Source of the DNA: Paraspadella gotoi
Taxonomy: Eukaryota; Animalia; Chaetognatha
Assembly: GCA_051294375.1 (NCBI GenBank)
Contig: JBJCIZ010000239.1
Coordinates: 4,072,402-4,136,401 of the forward strand
DNA length: 64,000 nucleotides
Direction of reading: 5' to 3'
This document shows, one piece after another, positions 26,811 through 40,150 of this stretch. Numbering within the stretch: position 1 is the first letter of the stretch; each line of letters begins with the position of its first letter. Both the position numbers and the translations under genes were made by a program. The notes below the pieces were generated by a model, which was given only the letters and a program-made list of their open reading frames with translations, ran no database searches and was not told the origin of the DNA.

Positions 26811-28429
26811 TCTCTCTCTGCACTCTCTCTTTCTTTCTATCCTCTCCTCTCTTTCTTTCTCTCTCTCTCTGTCTCTTTCTCTATCTCTCTGTCTCTTTTC
26901 TCTCTCTGGTCTCTCTCTCTTTCTCTTTCTGTCTCTCTCTCTCTTTCTCTCCTGTCTCTCTCTCTTTTCTTTGGTCTCTCTGTCTCTCTCTTTCTTTCTT
27001 TTCTCTCTAACTCTCTCTGTCTCTTTCTCTCTTCTCTCTTTCTCTCTCTTTCTCCTCTCTCTCTCTCTCTCTCTCTCTTCTTCCTCTGTTCTACACTTGT
27101 CGTATTATATTTATACTTCACTTTGTTTTTCTTTCCTTTGCACACTCAAGTGAATGTAAACGGACTTCGGCGGAACACCTGAGGACGTCCAGGAGATATA
27201 GTAGACTGGCGAGGATCCAAGGAGAGAGAGAGAGAGAGATGAGATGAGAGATNNNNNNNNNNNNNNNNNNNNNNNNNAATATGAATGAAGAAAGATTAGA
27301 AAAGAAAGGAAGAACGAAAAGAGAAGTTGATTGAAGGAAAAGAAAGGAAGAACGAAAAGAGAAGTTTATGAAAAGAAAGGAAGAGGCGGCTGGGTAAAGC
27401 TTATTGGTCAGGCTTATTTGTAAGGGTAAGGTAAGGCAAGGCTTATTGTTCAGGCCCGTAATAATAAGACGAAAATAAAGGACAGAAAATAAATGATATC
27501 ATCTCCTCGTCGACTTCGAATAGAATGGAACCGGATGGAATCGAGCTCTCTGATTGGTCAAGTGCCGGATGGAACCGGCCAATAGGCGGATGTTAGTAGT
27601 AAAAGAGATTATAGAGAAGAAGCAAGACTTAAAGAAAAATAATACGACATATGATCTATGTGCCGCTTGCACTATTTTCAAAACATTTTCAAGAGAGAAA
27701 AACTAATGTAAAAAAAAATTTCATAGAGAATACAAAAGGTTAATTCAAAATTGACAAAACAATTAATAAAAATACATCATTTATTTTTATTACATTATGT
27801 TTTTTTCTTTTTTTGTTATTCAATTTTTATTTTCTTAGCGTTCTTACATCTCATCAACAATAACTTATATAAAACAGCAAACCTCGCATTTAATGTATAC
27901 AAACATACTACATTTTTTTAACTTAACTTATCTCAAGGGCCGAGGGTTAATTAAAAAGCTTCGTTTTTAAATCGAAAAAAAAACTTTAAATTATATTTTC
28001 GAATTTTGTAGTTTTTTTTTTTTGTTTGTTTGTTGTTTTTTTTTTCAAAGTTTGCAACGATTGAATTTTGTAAAAAAATGTAATGCGCTTATTTTTTTCC
28101 GACGACAAAAAACATTTTTAGATGGTAACCATTAATTCAGTTTCAATATTTACTCCCGCGGGATTTGAAATTATAAACGTTATTCCAAGTATTTTTTTCG
28201 TTTAAGAACAATAAAAAGTTGGCTAAGTTGATAAAAACTTCTTTTATTTTTTCCGCAAAAAAAGAATATAAATCCTTTTATATACAATTATTCCATCGAT
28301 TTTACATCATTATTTGACGTTGAAATCTATATTTGCAGAAACAATGATTGAGTCGCATCCGCCGATAAAGCAAATATTGATATTTTTTATGCGGTTATCA
28401 ACTTTACTTTACAACGATTTTGAATTCAT

Positions 28430-28702
28430 CACTCGACGCAGTGAGGCTATTTGCCGACGCAGTGATTCTATTTGTCGATGTAGTGAGGCTAATTGCCTTT
28501 GCTGCGATCTTTCGTATTTGCCGATGCAGTGTCGTTATTTTGCCAATGCGTTGACGCTATTTCAACGATAATGTTGATGGCTCTTTGCAACGCAGTGATG
28601 CTATTAGCCAATGCTACAATCCTAATTTACCGATGCGGTGTCTTTTTTATGCCGACTCAGTGATGCTATTTGCCGACGTAGTGATGCTATTTGCCGACGC
28701 AA
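28430..28702. repeat. 21-bp degenerate minisatellite
   Basis: Repeated gccgacgcagtgatgctattt. Confidence 0.8.
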
Positions 28703-28799
28703 AGATTGATCCGCCCGGCGTACGCAGGAACTTTCGATCGTTTGGCTGGAAATCTGACGGTAAAGGAAAAAAAGACAAGAAGTTAAGGGAATGGAATAA

Positions 28800-29665
28800 T
28801 GAGAGGAAGATTGAGAGACGAAGAGAGACGCGAGAATCGACGAGAGGAGAGGAGGAGAGGAGAGTGAGAGAGAGAGAGAGCAGAGAAGAGAGAGAAAGAG
28901 CGAGAGAGATGAGCAGATCGAGAAAGAGAGAGACAGTAAGAAAATCAATATGAGATTTTTTTGGTCACGTGATCTTATTGAAGGCCGAATGTCTACCAGA
29001 TGAGATGACGTCACCGTATTGTCAGGAGAAAGGAGGAGGTAAAGGAAGAGTAGAAGAAGAAAGAGGAAGAGGGAAGAGGAAAAGTAGGTAAGGAGGGAAG
29101 ATGAAGCAGGAAAAAAGAGAAAGAGTAATAAGGGGGAAAGAGGAAGAGGAGAAAGAAGAAGAGGAAAAGGAAGGAAGAAAAAGANNNNNNNNNNNNNNNN
29201 NNNNNNNNNCACTTCCCCTCTTCTCTCTTCCCCATTTAACTCTTCCTCTTTATTTTTCCGCCCTTCTATTTTCTTTTTCCCTCCTTCCCTCAATCTTCCT
29301 TTCCTTCCCTACTCAACCCCTCTTCCTTCTTCCTCCTTCTAAACTCTTCCCCCCCTTTTCCCCCTTCCCTAACTTCTTTTCTTTCCTTTTCCTTTATCCT
29401 CTTCTTCTTTCTCCCTCCTCTTTCCCCTTATACTCTTCCTTCTTTTCCTCTTCCTCTTCCTCCTTCTCCTTTTCCCCTCTTCACTCTTTTGTTTATCCTC
29501 TTTCCTTCTCTAACTCTTCCCTCTTCCCCTCCTTTCGACAGATACGGGACGTCATCTCCATCTGGTAAACAATTCGCCTCAACATAACAGACACGTGACC
29601 AAAAAAATCTCAATATTGAGTTCTTACTGTCTTACTTCTCTTTCTCGATCGTCCTTCATCTCTCG

Positions 29666-29740
<75 letters not shown>
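28800..29740. other. Foldback centred on the 25-N gap at 29185-29209; probable assembly artefact
   Basis: gagattttttggtcacgtg...gatgacgtc (~28950-29012) is mirrored by gacgtcatc...cacgtgaccaaaaaatctc (~29548-29612). Confidence 0.85.
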
Positions 29741-30894
29741 GAGAAAGTGGAAGAGGAAGAGTAGAAGGAGGAAAAAAGGGGAAGAGGAAGAGGAGGAGGA
29801 AGAGGCGTATGAAGAAAACGACGAGGAGGAGGAAGACGAGGAAAAGAAGAAGGAAGACGAGGAAGTAGAGGAAGAGGAAAAGAAGAGGAAGAGGAAGGGA
29901 GGAAGAATCAAGAGGAGGAGGAGGAAGAGGGACAAAGGTCGAGGACTTATTTTTTTTCTTGCTCATCCGACCTTCGATCTAAAAAGAAAAAGAAGGAAAA
30001 TTCATCGCGAAAGAGAGAGAATATTTTGTCATCTTCATCGTCATCATCGTTGTCATATTCATCGCGTCATCGTTATCATTGTCGTTATCATCATCGTCAA
30101 CATTATCGTCATCTTCAACATTATCGTCATTGTCATCATCCTATATATTTTTATCGCCATCTTTTTCATCAACATCGTCCTTTTGGGTCGCGATCAATAT
30201 TACCTTCATCATCATCGTGATCATCACTGTCAACATCATCGTCATTATCATCATTGTCATCATCATTATCATTGTCATTATCATCATCGTCATAATTGTC
30301 CTCAACATCATCTTCATTTTCATTGTCATCGACATCGTTATCGTCATTATTATCATCGTTGTCGTTTTCACTTCCTTCTCACTATTAAAAAGCATAACAT
30401 TGCCTTCTTCCAAATTTGTATGGTCTTGTTCTTTTCTATCTTTTAAAATAGACAATTTTTTTTCTTATGTTGTGTTGTCGTCGTAGTCGTCGTCGTCATC
30501 GTCGTCGTCTTGATATTTTTCTTTTTAATCGAAGCTCATACGAGTTAATTTTCCTCAAAAATTAACTTTTTAATTTTTTTTTTAATTTCATTCCTTTTTT
30601 TTTAAATTTGTCAATTTTGGCGCAGATATTCATCCTAACGAAAGCGCCAACTTTCAGAAAAGAAAAAAAAAAGACGAATCCAAGATGGCGAAGTTTTCGT
30701 TTTAAAATCTGGAAAAAAAGAGAACAAGTGATTGGTTAAAGTAAAGGTGGCGACGTAAGCATTTGTTTATACATTGGCACTAAATTATCAAAATTGTTGT
30801 TTGTTAAAACTTAAAAATAAAGAAAAGGGAGTTGCCCTCTTATTCAATTGATATGGTTTGTAAAATAAATTATACTTTTTTTTAAAATTACGAA

Positions 30895-31060
30895 ACGAGG
30901 TACTCCGTGAGTTAATAGACTCGTGAGAGGAACTTGAATAAAAATCCTGCGGAGCTTAGCTTGGTTATTGTCTTGTGAAAGGAATAGAGGCTATATAGCC
31001 TGTCCAAATTCGGAGGCTGGATCGTTTATTTATTGAATAAGTGAATACTTTTTTATATGA
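30895..31060 (+). mobile_element. Family A copy, strongly diverged
   Basis: aggtactcc...gtcttgtgaaaggaatagaggc...agcctgtccaaatt...tttattgaata. Confidence 0.45.
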
Positions 31061-31225
31061 ATATGCTCAAACGGATTTGTATTCTGTAGTTAAATGAAAA
31101 AAATAGACAAAATAAAGAAAATTAAAAAAAAAAAGAAAAAAAAAATCATTTCCTCTTTGAAGCTTCAAGTGAAAAATGTTCCTTGAAAGTAAGTTTGAGA
31201 ACTGGGAAGAAGTCTTAATGGAGAA

Positions 31226-31262
<37 letters not shown>

Positions 31263-31267
31263 AGGAG

Positions 31268-31299
<32 letters not shown>

Positions 31300-31825
31300 C
31301 ATTAAACATTTCAAGGAGAGAGAAAAAAATATATTTTGGGGTCGAACGAAGAAAGAAAAAAAAATTCGATATTTTTTTTTTAGCTCGAAATTTTATGAAA
31401 AAAAAAATTGTTGTTAATGATAAAAAGTGGAAAAGATAGAAAAAAAGGAAAAGAAGATAAAAGAGAAGGACCGAAGAGGAAAATAGAAGAGGAAGATAGA
31501 AGAGGAAAGAGGAGGAAGAGTAGGGGGAGGTAGGAAAAATGAGATAAATGAAAAACGAGAGAAAAAAGTGATGAAGAAAAATAAAAGTAGAAATTTGTAA
31601 CAATTGAATGATTTGAATGATTAAGTTAGAAAAGAGAAAGATAGGAGTCATGAGAAGAGAAGTGAGGTAGAGAGGAGAAAGATATAGAAAAGAAAGAGAA
31701 GTAGAGAGATAGATAGGTAGACAGAAAGAAAAGTAAAGAGAACCGCGTCCTCGGTCGGCCTTCGCTTCGATTCGACGGCGTCGTAAAAATTCAATATTCA
31801 ACGATTTTGAGATGGAGACGGTCGA

Positions 31826-31939
<114 letters not shown>

Positions 31940-32394
31940 AAAATGAATCGAGATGTTTGCGTCTAAAGAAAAAAAAAATTTCAAAAAATGAAAAATATTA
32001 ATTTTTTTTTTATTCGAGCATAATATGTTTAAGAATTTAAAAAAATACAATTATAATGCATAATATTAAAAATGTAAACTCTCATTCAAGTTCGAAAAGA
32101 ACCTTTACCTTACAAGTTACAACATCACTGAACTAAGTGCAAAACAAACTCAAAAGGGCAAATTCACTCCTACCCTCGGAAAAACAAAAAAAAGTTTTCC
32201 CCATCCACAAGCAATTTCTTTTTTGCGAGCTTGTTTTTTTTTGTGTGTCTTTTTTTTCGTGTTTTTTTTCTTGTCTGTTTTCTGTTTTGAATCTCCAGTG
32301 TTTGTTTTCAGAAGAAAAAACCTCAGCCTTGACTTTCCTCTGAACCGAAGAAGCATTTGGCCTCTAATCCACCATACGCCATCTTTGAAATGAC

Positions 32395-32466
<72 letters not shown>

Positions 32467-32545
32467 CCCCTTATTCTCTGTCGATTTATCTCTTCTACCT
32501 CGTGAATTTGCGTCACTCACTTTTCTAAGAAAAGAAAAAATAAAT

Positions 32546-32585
<40 letters not shown>

Positions 32586-32716
32586 AGAGAGAGAAGAGAG
32601 AGAGAGAGAGATGATGAGAGAGAGAGAGAGCGAGAGAGAATGAAAGAAATAATATTGAGAAGAAAGAGAGAAAACAAAATGAGAATGTGAGAGAGAAAAA
32701 AAGTCAGGAGAAAAGA

Positions 32717-32750
<34 letters not shown>

Positions 32751-32819
32751 AAAATAGGGCGTATTAATTTTGCGTCTCACCTTATTTTTTTTTTAAATCC
32801 TTCTCTTTTATGTCATCCT

Positions 32820-33420
32820 TATTAGCGGTAGCCGACCAAATTCTAATTATAATGGGAACAGCATTAAACTAATCCATTATTGGTATTAATTATTGTGTTA
32901 AAATATTTTTTTGCAAAAATGTTCCGAACCATGAGTAATTCGCTAATTAATATTATTATATTGCTATATAATGTTAAAAATTTTTTTTGATATTTTAAGT
33001 TTTTTTAATTGATTCTGATAGAGCTTAAAAAGTTAAGCAAAAAATATAATTACAACTTTTTAAAATTTTGATGTTTAATTACTAAAAATTAGTAAAAACT
33101 GCTAAAATCATTGGATGATGATGATGATGATGATGATTTTTTAAGGTTTTTCTCAATTTTAACCCACTTATCATCAAAATATTGAAAAAAGAATTATACT
33201 TTGTGTAGATAACTTTTCATAAGCTATTTGAATCCGCTTTTAAAAATAAAAAATTCAAAACATTTTTTTTGACATTTCCTATCTATAAATAAATATTACA
33301 AAATTAATTACTAATGCTTCTAGCCATTTTAGAAAATTTTGCTCCATTTAAAGTTTTCTCAGAAATGTATGAAGTTTCATTTGGAAAGGTTCCCAAATCA
33401 AACTTCTGACCCACCCCATT
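32820..33420 (-). mobile_element. Family C repeat, most complete copy
   Basis: Overlaps both the 25140-25600 segment and the 3' segment at 54073-54250. Contains an internal (GAT)n tract. Confidence 0.65.
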
Positions 33421-33771
33421 GACAAAGTTTGGCTCTATCCTTATTTCTATTCTTACTCCTAGTTTTTAATTTCCTTTCCATTGTTTATTTTTCCTTCTTT
33501 TCTTGTTCAAACATTGTTTGTTTCCCTTTTGTTATTTTCTTGTAAAAGGAGGAAAGGAGAGGAAAAAAAAGAAGGAAAAGAAAGAAAAGGCGAAACCTTA
33601 AAAAAAAAGTTTGTTCAAAATCTCCGAGTTTTTAGAAATTTATACCACTTAGTCTGATATCCTATTTTTTCCTTTTTTTTTTAGATGCCACAAACAAAGA
33701 TTTTCGGGGTTTTAGTCTACTCTTAAATCGGGGAAGCCTCCTTATGTTTAGCTCCTGCTGTTGCCCGGGAA

Positions 33772-33809
<38 letters not shown>

Positions 33810-34523
33810 TTTATTTTTATTCTTTCTCTAAGCCTCTGCTTACGATCCTCGCATTCAGAGAAAAAACTACTTTTTCCAGGATTGTTCAATTACTATTAAC
33901 AAAATTAATTTAATTTGCACCATAATATAAATTAGGCCGAAATACGGATTGGTTAAAACCATCTCCAGCTATTTCTAATCATATAAGAGTAACATTTTTT
34001 CAACTTTTAGGAAAAAAAATCATGTCCATTTTTGTCCATTTTCACTTTCGTCTTCAAATTTGAATGCCAAGGAAAGTTGAGAAAATTTTTTTATTTTGGA
34101 ATTCCTTTCTTCCTTATCTTCTTCACCCTTGAGTAAAATATTTTCCTTATATCATTCATATTATTCACTTATGAATTAATTTTAAAGTTGACAAGTCAAA
34201 AAGTCGCAGTTTTAGTTTTTATTATAATTTATTAAACAAAAATAGTTTAAATTGGCTTAAACTAACAGAAAATATAGTCCACAGAATAAGCTTTTAACAC
34301 CTACAAAATTATCAAAAAAACTCTTTTCGTTTAGCCACAAATAATTTTTAAAGACAACTTTTAATTTGTGACTTTTTGTGACTTGCATTTATTTATGATA
34401 AAGAAAATATTTTCAACCCTTTTATTAGTTTTAAAAGATGAGGTACTTACTGATGTTGATAAAACAAAAAAAACCGCATCCTTTTAACCCAAATGGAAAG
34501 CGTCAGGACTTGTTTTTTCTCAT

Positions 34524-34567
34524 AATCGACAGATTTTGCGGAAAATTTTCCGCAAAATCTGTCGATT
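34524..34567. other. Perfect 44-bp spacerless palindrome
   Basis: aatcgacagattttgcggaaaa|ttttccgcaaaatctgtcgatt. Confidence 0.95.
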
Positions 34568-34683
34568 TACTAAATTTGCTAGGCAACCAAAATTAGAAGA
34601 AAAATCATGCGCTATCGTTCATTTTCTTCTTATAATGCTATTAAAGATTTTCTTTGATATGGCTCCTGGAAGATGCGGTATCA

Positions 34684-34975
34684 TAGCTAAAGGTAGGTAC
34701 TAACTAGTCTCTCATCAGGTAAAAGAGGTAAGTAAGGTAAGTATGTAATGGTAATAGGAAAACAGATATAACAAAGGGTATCAAGGGTACAATAAAAGGG
34801 AGAAAAGGGAGAGGGAAGGTTTCAGACCCCGAGACCGAGAGAGAGAAAGTTGAGAGAGATCTGTCCGATCTCCAAGACTCTATCCGTGACTCCGGGATGA
34901 AGAGGAGGGGACGAGGGGAGGAGGAGGCGTTGAGAGGGGGAAGAGAAGGCCGGGGGGAGAGAGGTTCTGGTGATA
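34684..34975. repeat. ~291-bp direct repeat, copy 1
   Basis: tagctaaaggtag...ctctcatcaggtaaaa...ctgtccgatctccaagactctatccgtgactccggg...gaggttctggtgata; matches 40765-41055. Confidence 0.92.
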
Positions 34976-37039
34976 GGGTGAGCCTCTATGTTGCCCTCTC
35001 TTGGTCGGAGACGCCCACTTGGGTCTTGAATGTCAAGTGGTGTCGCATCATCTTAGTGCGGGCGCTGGAGTTCGTGGAGAGGTAGGGCAGGCGGAGCCAG
35101 CCGGTCAGGTGGATCAGGTGGGGTGGACGGATTTTTGGGGGGGCGGGGATGTCGTCTAAGCTCCTCTAAATTCGACGCTTTCATTGGCTGGTTGGCGTGG
35201 CGGCTGGTCGAGGAGGGCGGAACGGAAGTCGCCTTGAGTCTCGTGGATCGACGAGTAGTAATCGCGGCGCGCTTGAATCTTGTGCGGGTTTGGCGTGGGG
35301 GGCTTTGGGAGGGGACGGAGGTACATTGTTCGGGGGGAGGAGCAAGCACGCTACTTGTAATTTCAATTTTTTTGTTTTGTTTGATTTTTTTTTCAAAGAA
35401 TTATAATTGGATCTCAAAGAAAAGATAATTGTGTTATAACAACGAAAGTCAACCCATTTCTTTTAAATGTTTAACAAGGAAAATGGGAGAGAAAAAGATG
35501 GTGAAACTATCAATAGACCAAACTGTAAAACTAATATTAAAACCACTACAGATGATGAAACACACACATCTAAATATGAAACTAGAAACGTTCAATGATA
35601 ATTAAATTTGTTTTTAAAGATTTCAAATTCTAAACTTAACGGGAAAAGATGGCAAAAAAAAAATGTAGTAAAGCAATGGATCATACTGGAAAATAACCAA
35701 TAAACTTAAAGGTGATGAAACGCTCAATAAAATCAAATAAACTAGGAGTAAATAGCGTTTCAAAAAAAAACCGAAATTTTAAAAAAAAATTCTAAATTCG
35801 AGATTTAATTTTATAATCCGAAATTTAAAATTTTACTTTTCGGAAATTATACGGTAAAGTAGCAACGGAAAATCTATGAATTAACACACTCTTTTGAACT
35901 GTAATTGTAACTAAAAAAAAAATATAACTGTATTTTGAAAAAACAATAAAGGGTCATGTGTTACACAAAAGGGAAAAAAAAATGGGGGGGAGAAGGGAAA
36001 AGGAGAGAGCAAGAGATAGAAGAGGAGACGATTGTCGTTGGTCCTATAGAGGTCGCTGCAGAAAAAGGAAAGAGGATGGCGTTGACCGGGAGAACGTAAG
36101 AAAGACGGAGATTTCGCCGGAGAGTCGCCGAGAGAGGTTGAAGTCGGGAGAGGTCATTTTTTGTTGTTTTTATTTTCATGATTCAGGAGTCCATGCGAAG
36201 GGGAGATGCGCAGGAGAGAGATAGAGGGGAGGGTAGGTTGGGGTGGGGAAGAAGGTTAAAGCGGAGAAATGAGAGGAAGAGGAAGGGTTTTTAGCGATCT
36301 GAGGATCGCGATCGCCATCGTCGTCATCGTCGTCGTCATCGTCGCCGTCATCGTCGCCATCGCCATCGTCATCGCCGTCGACGTTACGTCCCAGTTCGTT
36401 CGACCTAAAGGCAGACTCCGTACCTAACTGGATGATGAAATTGAGTATGGTTTAAATATGTTATTGTGAATATTCTAAGCTGTGACCTTTTGCTTAACTT
36501 ATTTAATACTGGGAATGAGTTTGACTAAGAGATTTTTTTTTTTTATCTTTTGTTTTTAAAGTGAACATTCGGCAAGGAACAAGGCAAAAAACGGGGGTAA
36601 CTAAGTTTGTTTTCATACAGTTAACTTAAATAATTTTTTTATACTCAACAATACTTAATATAAAGTGTACTGTAGATTCCATGGATGATGGTTGAACCAA
36701 TGACTCATCTTTCGTTCCTAGGAAATGAGTCCAGCAGGAGAAATACCTGAAGCTAAGAGATTTAATCAGTGAAGGTTCAGATCTTTAAGAGAATTAGTTT
36801 CAAAATCAACTAAAGTATCAAATAATCAGAATTGATACAGGAGTGAGACAACGGAAAACCAAGTAAGCCTGGGAGTCGGGAAGTAAAAGGGGCAAGACGC
36901 AACGTCATATATGAAATTTTTGCGCAAAAAAAAAGGGTTTTAGACATAGTAGAGACTAATTTCAAGATAAGTTGTTGGTGGTTTCAGAGAAAGGGGCAAG
37001 TCATTCATTCATTAAGACACAGCCATAACGAGAACCTTA

Positions 37040-39052
37040 GATAGAGCGCTTTGAAGCGGCTATGCATTTGGATTTGATTTGGTAAGGTTGTTTTTGCGGT
37101 TTTGTTTTGAGTTTTTTGACGTTTTTTGTGTTTCGAAGATTTTGCGGTTTTGTCTGCCCATTCATTCTGCTATTTGAAGCATCAAAAAGGCGGAGCAGGG
37201 CAATCTCGGTTTTAGTTATTTGGAGTAATCCATTGTGATTCCGATGGCCTGCACCTATTTCTCTCATTTCCACCATCGCGGGTTCCTTACTGTTATTATA
37301 TTCAACGAGAAGCGTTTCTATGAATATCTTTGGGTTAAGGCTTCAAATTTCTTCCCAGGTTTTCACAACAAATATAGAGTCCATCCTTTGAAACGTAGTT
37401 CTCTAAACATTGAAAGGCCTGTCCTGATAACCCTTCCTCACCTCATCCTTGGTAAAGCCATGACAATGTTTTTATTAATCGAGTCATAATTAAACTTTTT
37501 TTAAGTTCGCCTTTGCCTCTTTGGCCATTTCCCCTTGACCGACCCATAGTGTATTTGTTTGCAAAATTTTATTATCTAAACAAGTGGTCACGGCATCATA
37601 TGCAGCAGTTAAAGTTTGATGTTCGCTTCAGCTCGGCGCAGTGTCGAACAATGTCATTGATGTTGCCTGCTGGTGTTGAAGTCTTGCCTCAGTTGCGTGC
37701 TACCAGGAATCCTAGCTGGAAGCCGGTTGACCATCGCTCAACGGAACTAATATGGGTGGTGACTCTAGCAGCCACTTTCTGCTGAATTTTTTTACAGCAT
37801 GAATCTGAAAGCTGACGAATGATAAACCCATTGCAGACAAATACAACGACCATTAGACCGACAATACGCTTGGAGATATGACCCGGCGTTTAAAACAACG
37901 GAACACAACAGTCGGGTGGTGGTCTGCCGCGACATTGTTTTTTGTCATTGAAAAATGAAGAGTCCTAAACTTAAAGCATTGAGTGACTCGAGTGATTTTT
38001 CCCACAAACAAAAGGCAAGTCACAGATCTTACAAGGTCTGCGGCGGGCAACAGGCAAAATTTTTGGGTGATTTTACTGCGAGTTTGTCCTTTCATTATGA
38101 ACCATATATCTCCTCTCGCGCGGATTTCCGATTGGAAGTGCAATGGGCGAAGACGAAATTTTCTTCATGTTTTGAAGCCATTGTGTGGCCGAGCAGGACA
38201 GGGATTGGAAGAGGTTCTTTATACTATCATTAGTTGGCCGAAATTGCAGGTGGCTGGCCGACTTGAAGTTAGTCGTTTCTGACGGCATTTTTTTGTTCTT
38301 TAAGCTCTATTTTAAGGTCACTCCAGTTCCTTTTCCTTTTATCAGCTAAGCTCGTCATTTCTCTTTGATCAAGTTTTATTTGAAACCTGTTGCATCTTTT
38401 CATTTTCTTTTTCAATTCTCCACGACTATCATCCTTTGTTCTTTATAGCTCGTTTTTTCTTAAGTTGCAAAAGTTCTTGTCTTCATTTTTCACTAAGTTC
38501 CCTTGTTTCCTTTTTCGGAGTTCAACTGAATTTTTGCAAATTTTAATCATTTAGGTTTTTCATATCTAGCCTAGTTTTTCTTTTAGTTTTCTTTTAGTTA
38601 TTTCCTTGATGTCATAGAGTTCTTTGGTTCTTATTTTGCAGAGTTCATTCTTTACCTTTTGTCAAGTATTAAACTGAACATTTGGGAAATTTTTTCCGTT
38701 CTAGCGTTTTCATCCCTGATAGTCTCCTCCTTCAGTTTCTTAAGTTCTTGAGTTATTCATTAAAGCTTTCTGTTTCCGCGTCTCACAGAAGTCCGTCTCC
38801 TCTTTTGTCGTACAAAGAGCGAAGTTGTGAATATCTTGCATCCCACTGATCTATTCTGGACTCATACACGCCTACTATTTTGTCTAGTAGAACCTTTTCT
38901 AATTTCTCAAACCTGTTTTCTATGTTTGAAATAGATTGGGAAACAACGTCGGTCCAGGGGGTTTCCTCATAATATTGAGATGACAATGGATCGCTGGGAT
39001 TAAAGGTATCAAATCGCGAGTATTCATCATCCTCATATTGAATGGTATTCAT
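37040..39052 (-). pseudogene. Frameshifted gag-like ORF of a BEL/Pao-type LTR retrotransposon
   Basis: Starts MNTIQYEDDEY...ISNIENRFEKLEKVLLDK and continues through frameshifts as a K/E-rich coiled coil (QELKKLKEETIRDENARTEK, VKNELCKIRTKELYDIKEI). At ~38017-37815, joining frames by hand gives CLxCGKNHxxTQCFKF...(C)FRCFKxGHISKxCRSNGRCxxCNGxH, the triple-knuckle spacing of BEL/Pao gag. Confidence 0.6.
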
Positions 39053-39909
39053 TTTGGGAGAGACTTTCTTTATTTCCGAGAAAGGACGAAGAAACCAAAA
39101 AGAAACGGGAGAGGGAGTGAGAGGGAGAGAAGATATGAGAGAGAGAAGAAGTGAGAGAGAGGGAGAGAGAGAGAGCAAGAGAGAGAGATAGTGAGAGGGA
39201 GAGAGAGGGAGAGAGAGAGAGATAGAGAGAGAGAAGAAGGGGGGGCAAACTCAGCGGCGAGAGGGAGCTCAGTCAGATCTGGTTTTTTTTTCTCGTATCG
39301 ATGCCTGATCGCGTGACGACGTGAAGTGTCCAGCCAGGAGCCAAAGAGAGAGATTTTGACCGTGGAGAGAGAGAAAAAAAGAAAAAGAGAGAGAGAGAGG
39401 GACAAAACGTTTAGGGAGAGGGAGTGAAGACTGGTCACGTGACAACGAAGTCCAGAGAGAATGAGAAGGGAGAGGTCAACGATCTTTTTTTTTGGGTTTG
39501 GAAGTCGAAAATGGGAGAGAGAGAGGGTGAGGATCGAGTGAGGGGCAAGGAGCGGTGGGAGAGTAGTCGTTTTGGTCAGGACATGGACATTCCTCTCTGC
39601 ACAGCTGCTCTCTCGAGTGAGGAAGGGATGAGGGAAGAGAGGCGCAGCGTAAAGGAGAGAAGGAAGAGGAGCCGGAAGAAGAGCGAGTGAAGAAAAAGGC
39701 GCGAGAAAGAGATGCTGAGATCGAGGATCGGCTCACGCGGTCAAGGAGGGGAGGGTTAGTAAAAGAATGCGTGATCCGAAACCATCGCTGAGAGAGGGGG
39801 GGAATCAGTGCGGCAGCAAAGAATTCGTGAAGGATGATAGCTTAGTAAAGAGAGAAAGAGGGTAGTTTTTAGGAAAGAAGATCGAAATTGTGCGTCAAAA
39901 TAGTAAACA

Positions 39910-40150
39910 ATAAAAATCGAATGGTGAAATGGTTGAGTTAAAATATGAAAATCGAAATGGTGCATTAGTGAATCGAAAGTCGGAATGGTGAGTTAATGTT
40001 GTGTAGCAATAAGAATCGAAAGAGTGAATCAAATTAGTGAATATATAAAATTGAAAGTGAGATTAAATGGTGAATTAATAAAAATCGAAATGGTGAGTTA
40101 AAATGGAAAAAGTATGAAGATGGAATTGTGAGTGACAATAGTGAAATTAA
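39910..40150. repeat. Degenerate minisatellite (aaaatcgaaatggtgagtta)
   Basis: Several imperfect units upstream of the gag-like ORF on its coding strand. Confidence 0.65.

Noticed and set aside
39476-39736. LLYAAP…LER..VQR resemblance to a LINE RT C-terminal region
   Set aside because: The motifs are in different frames, are short, and sit in pyrimidine-biased sequence with no RT core nearby.
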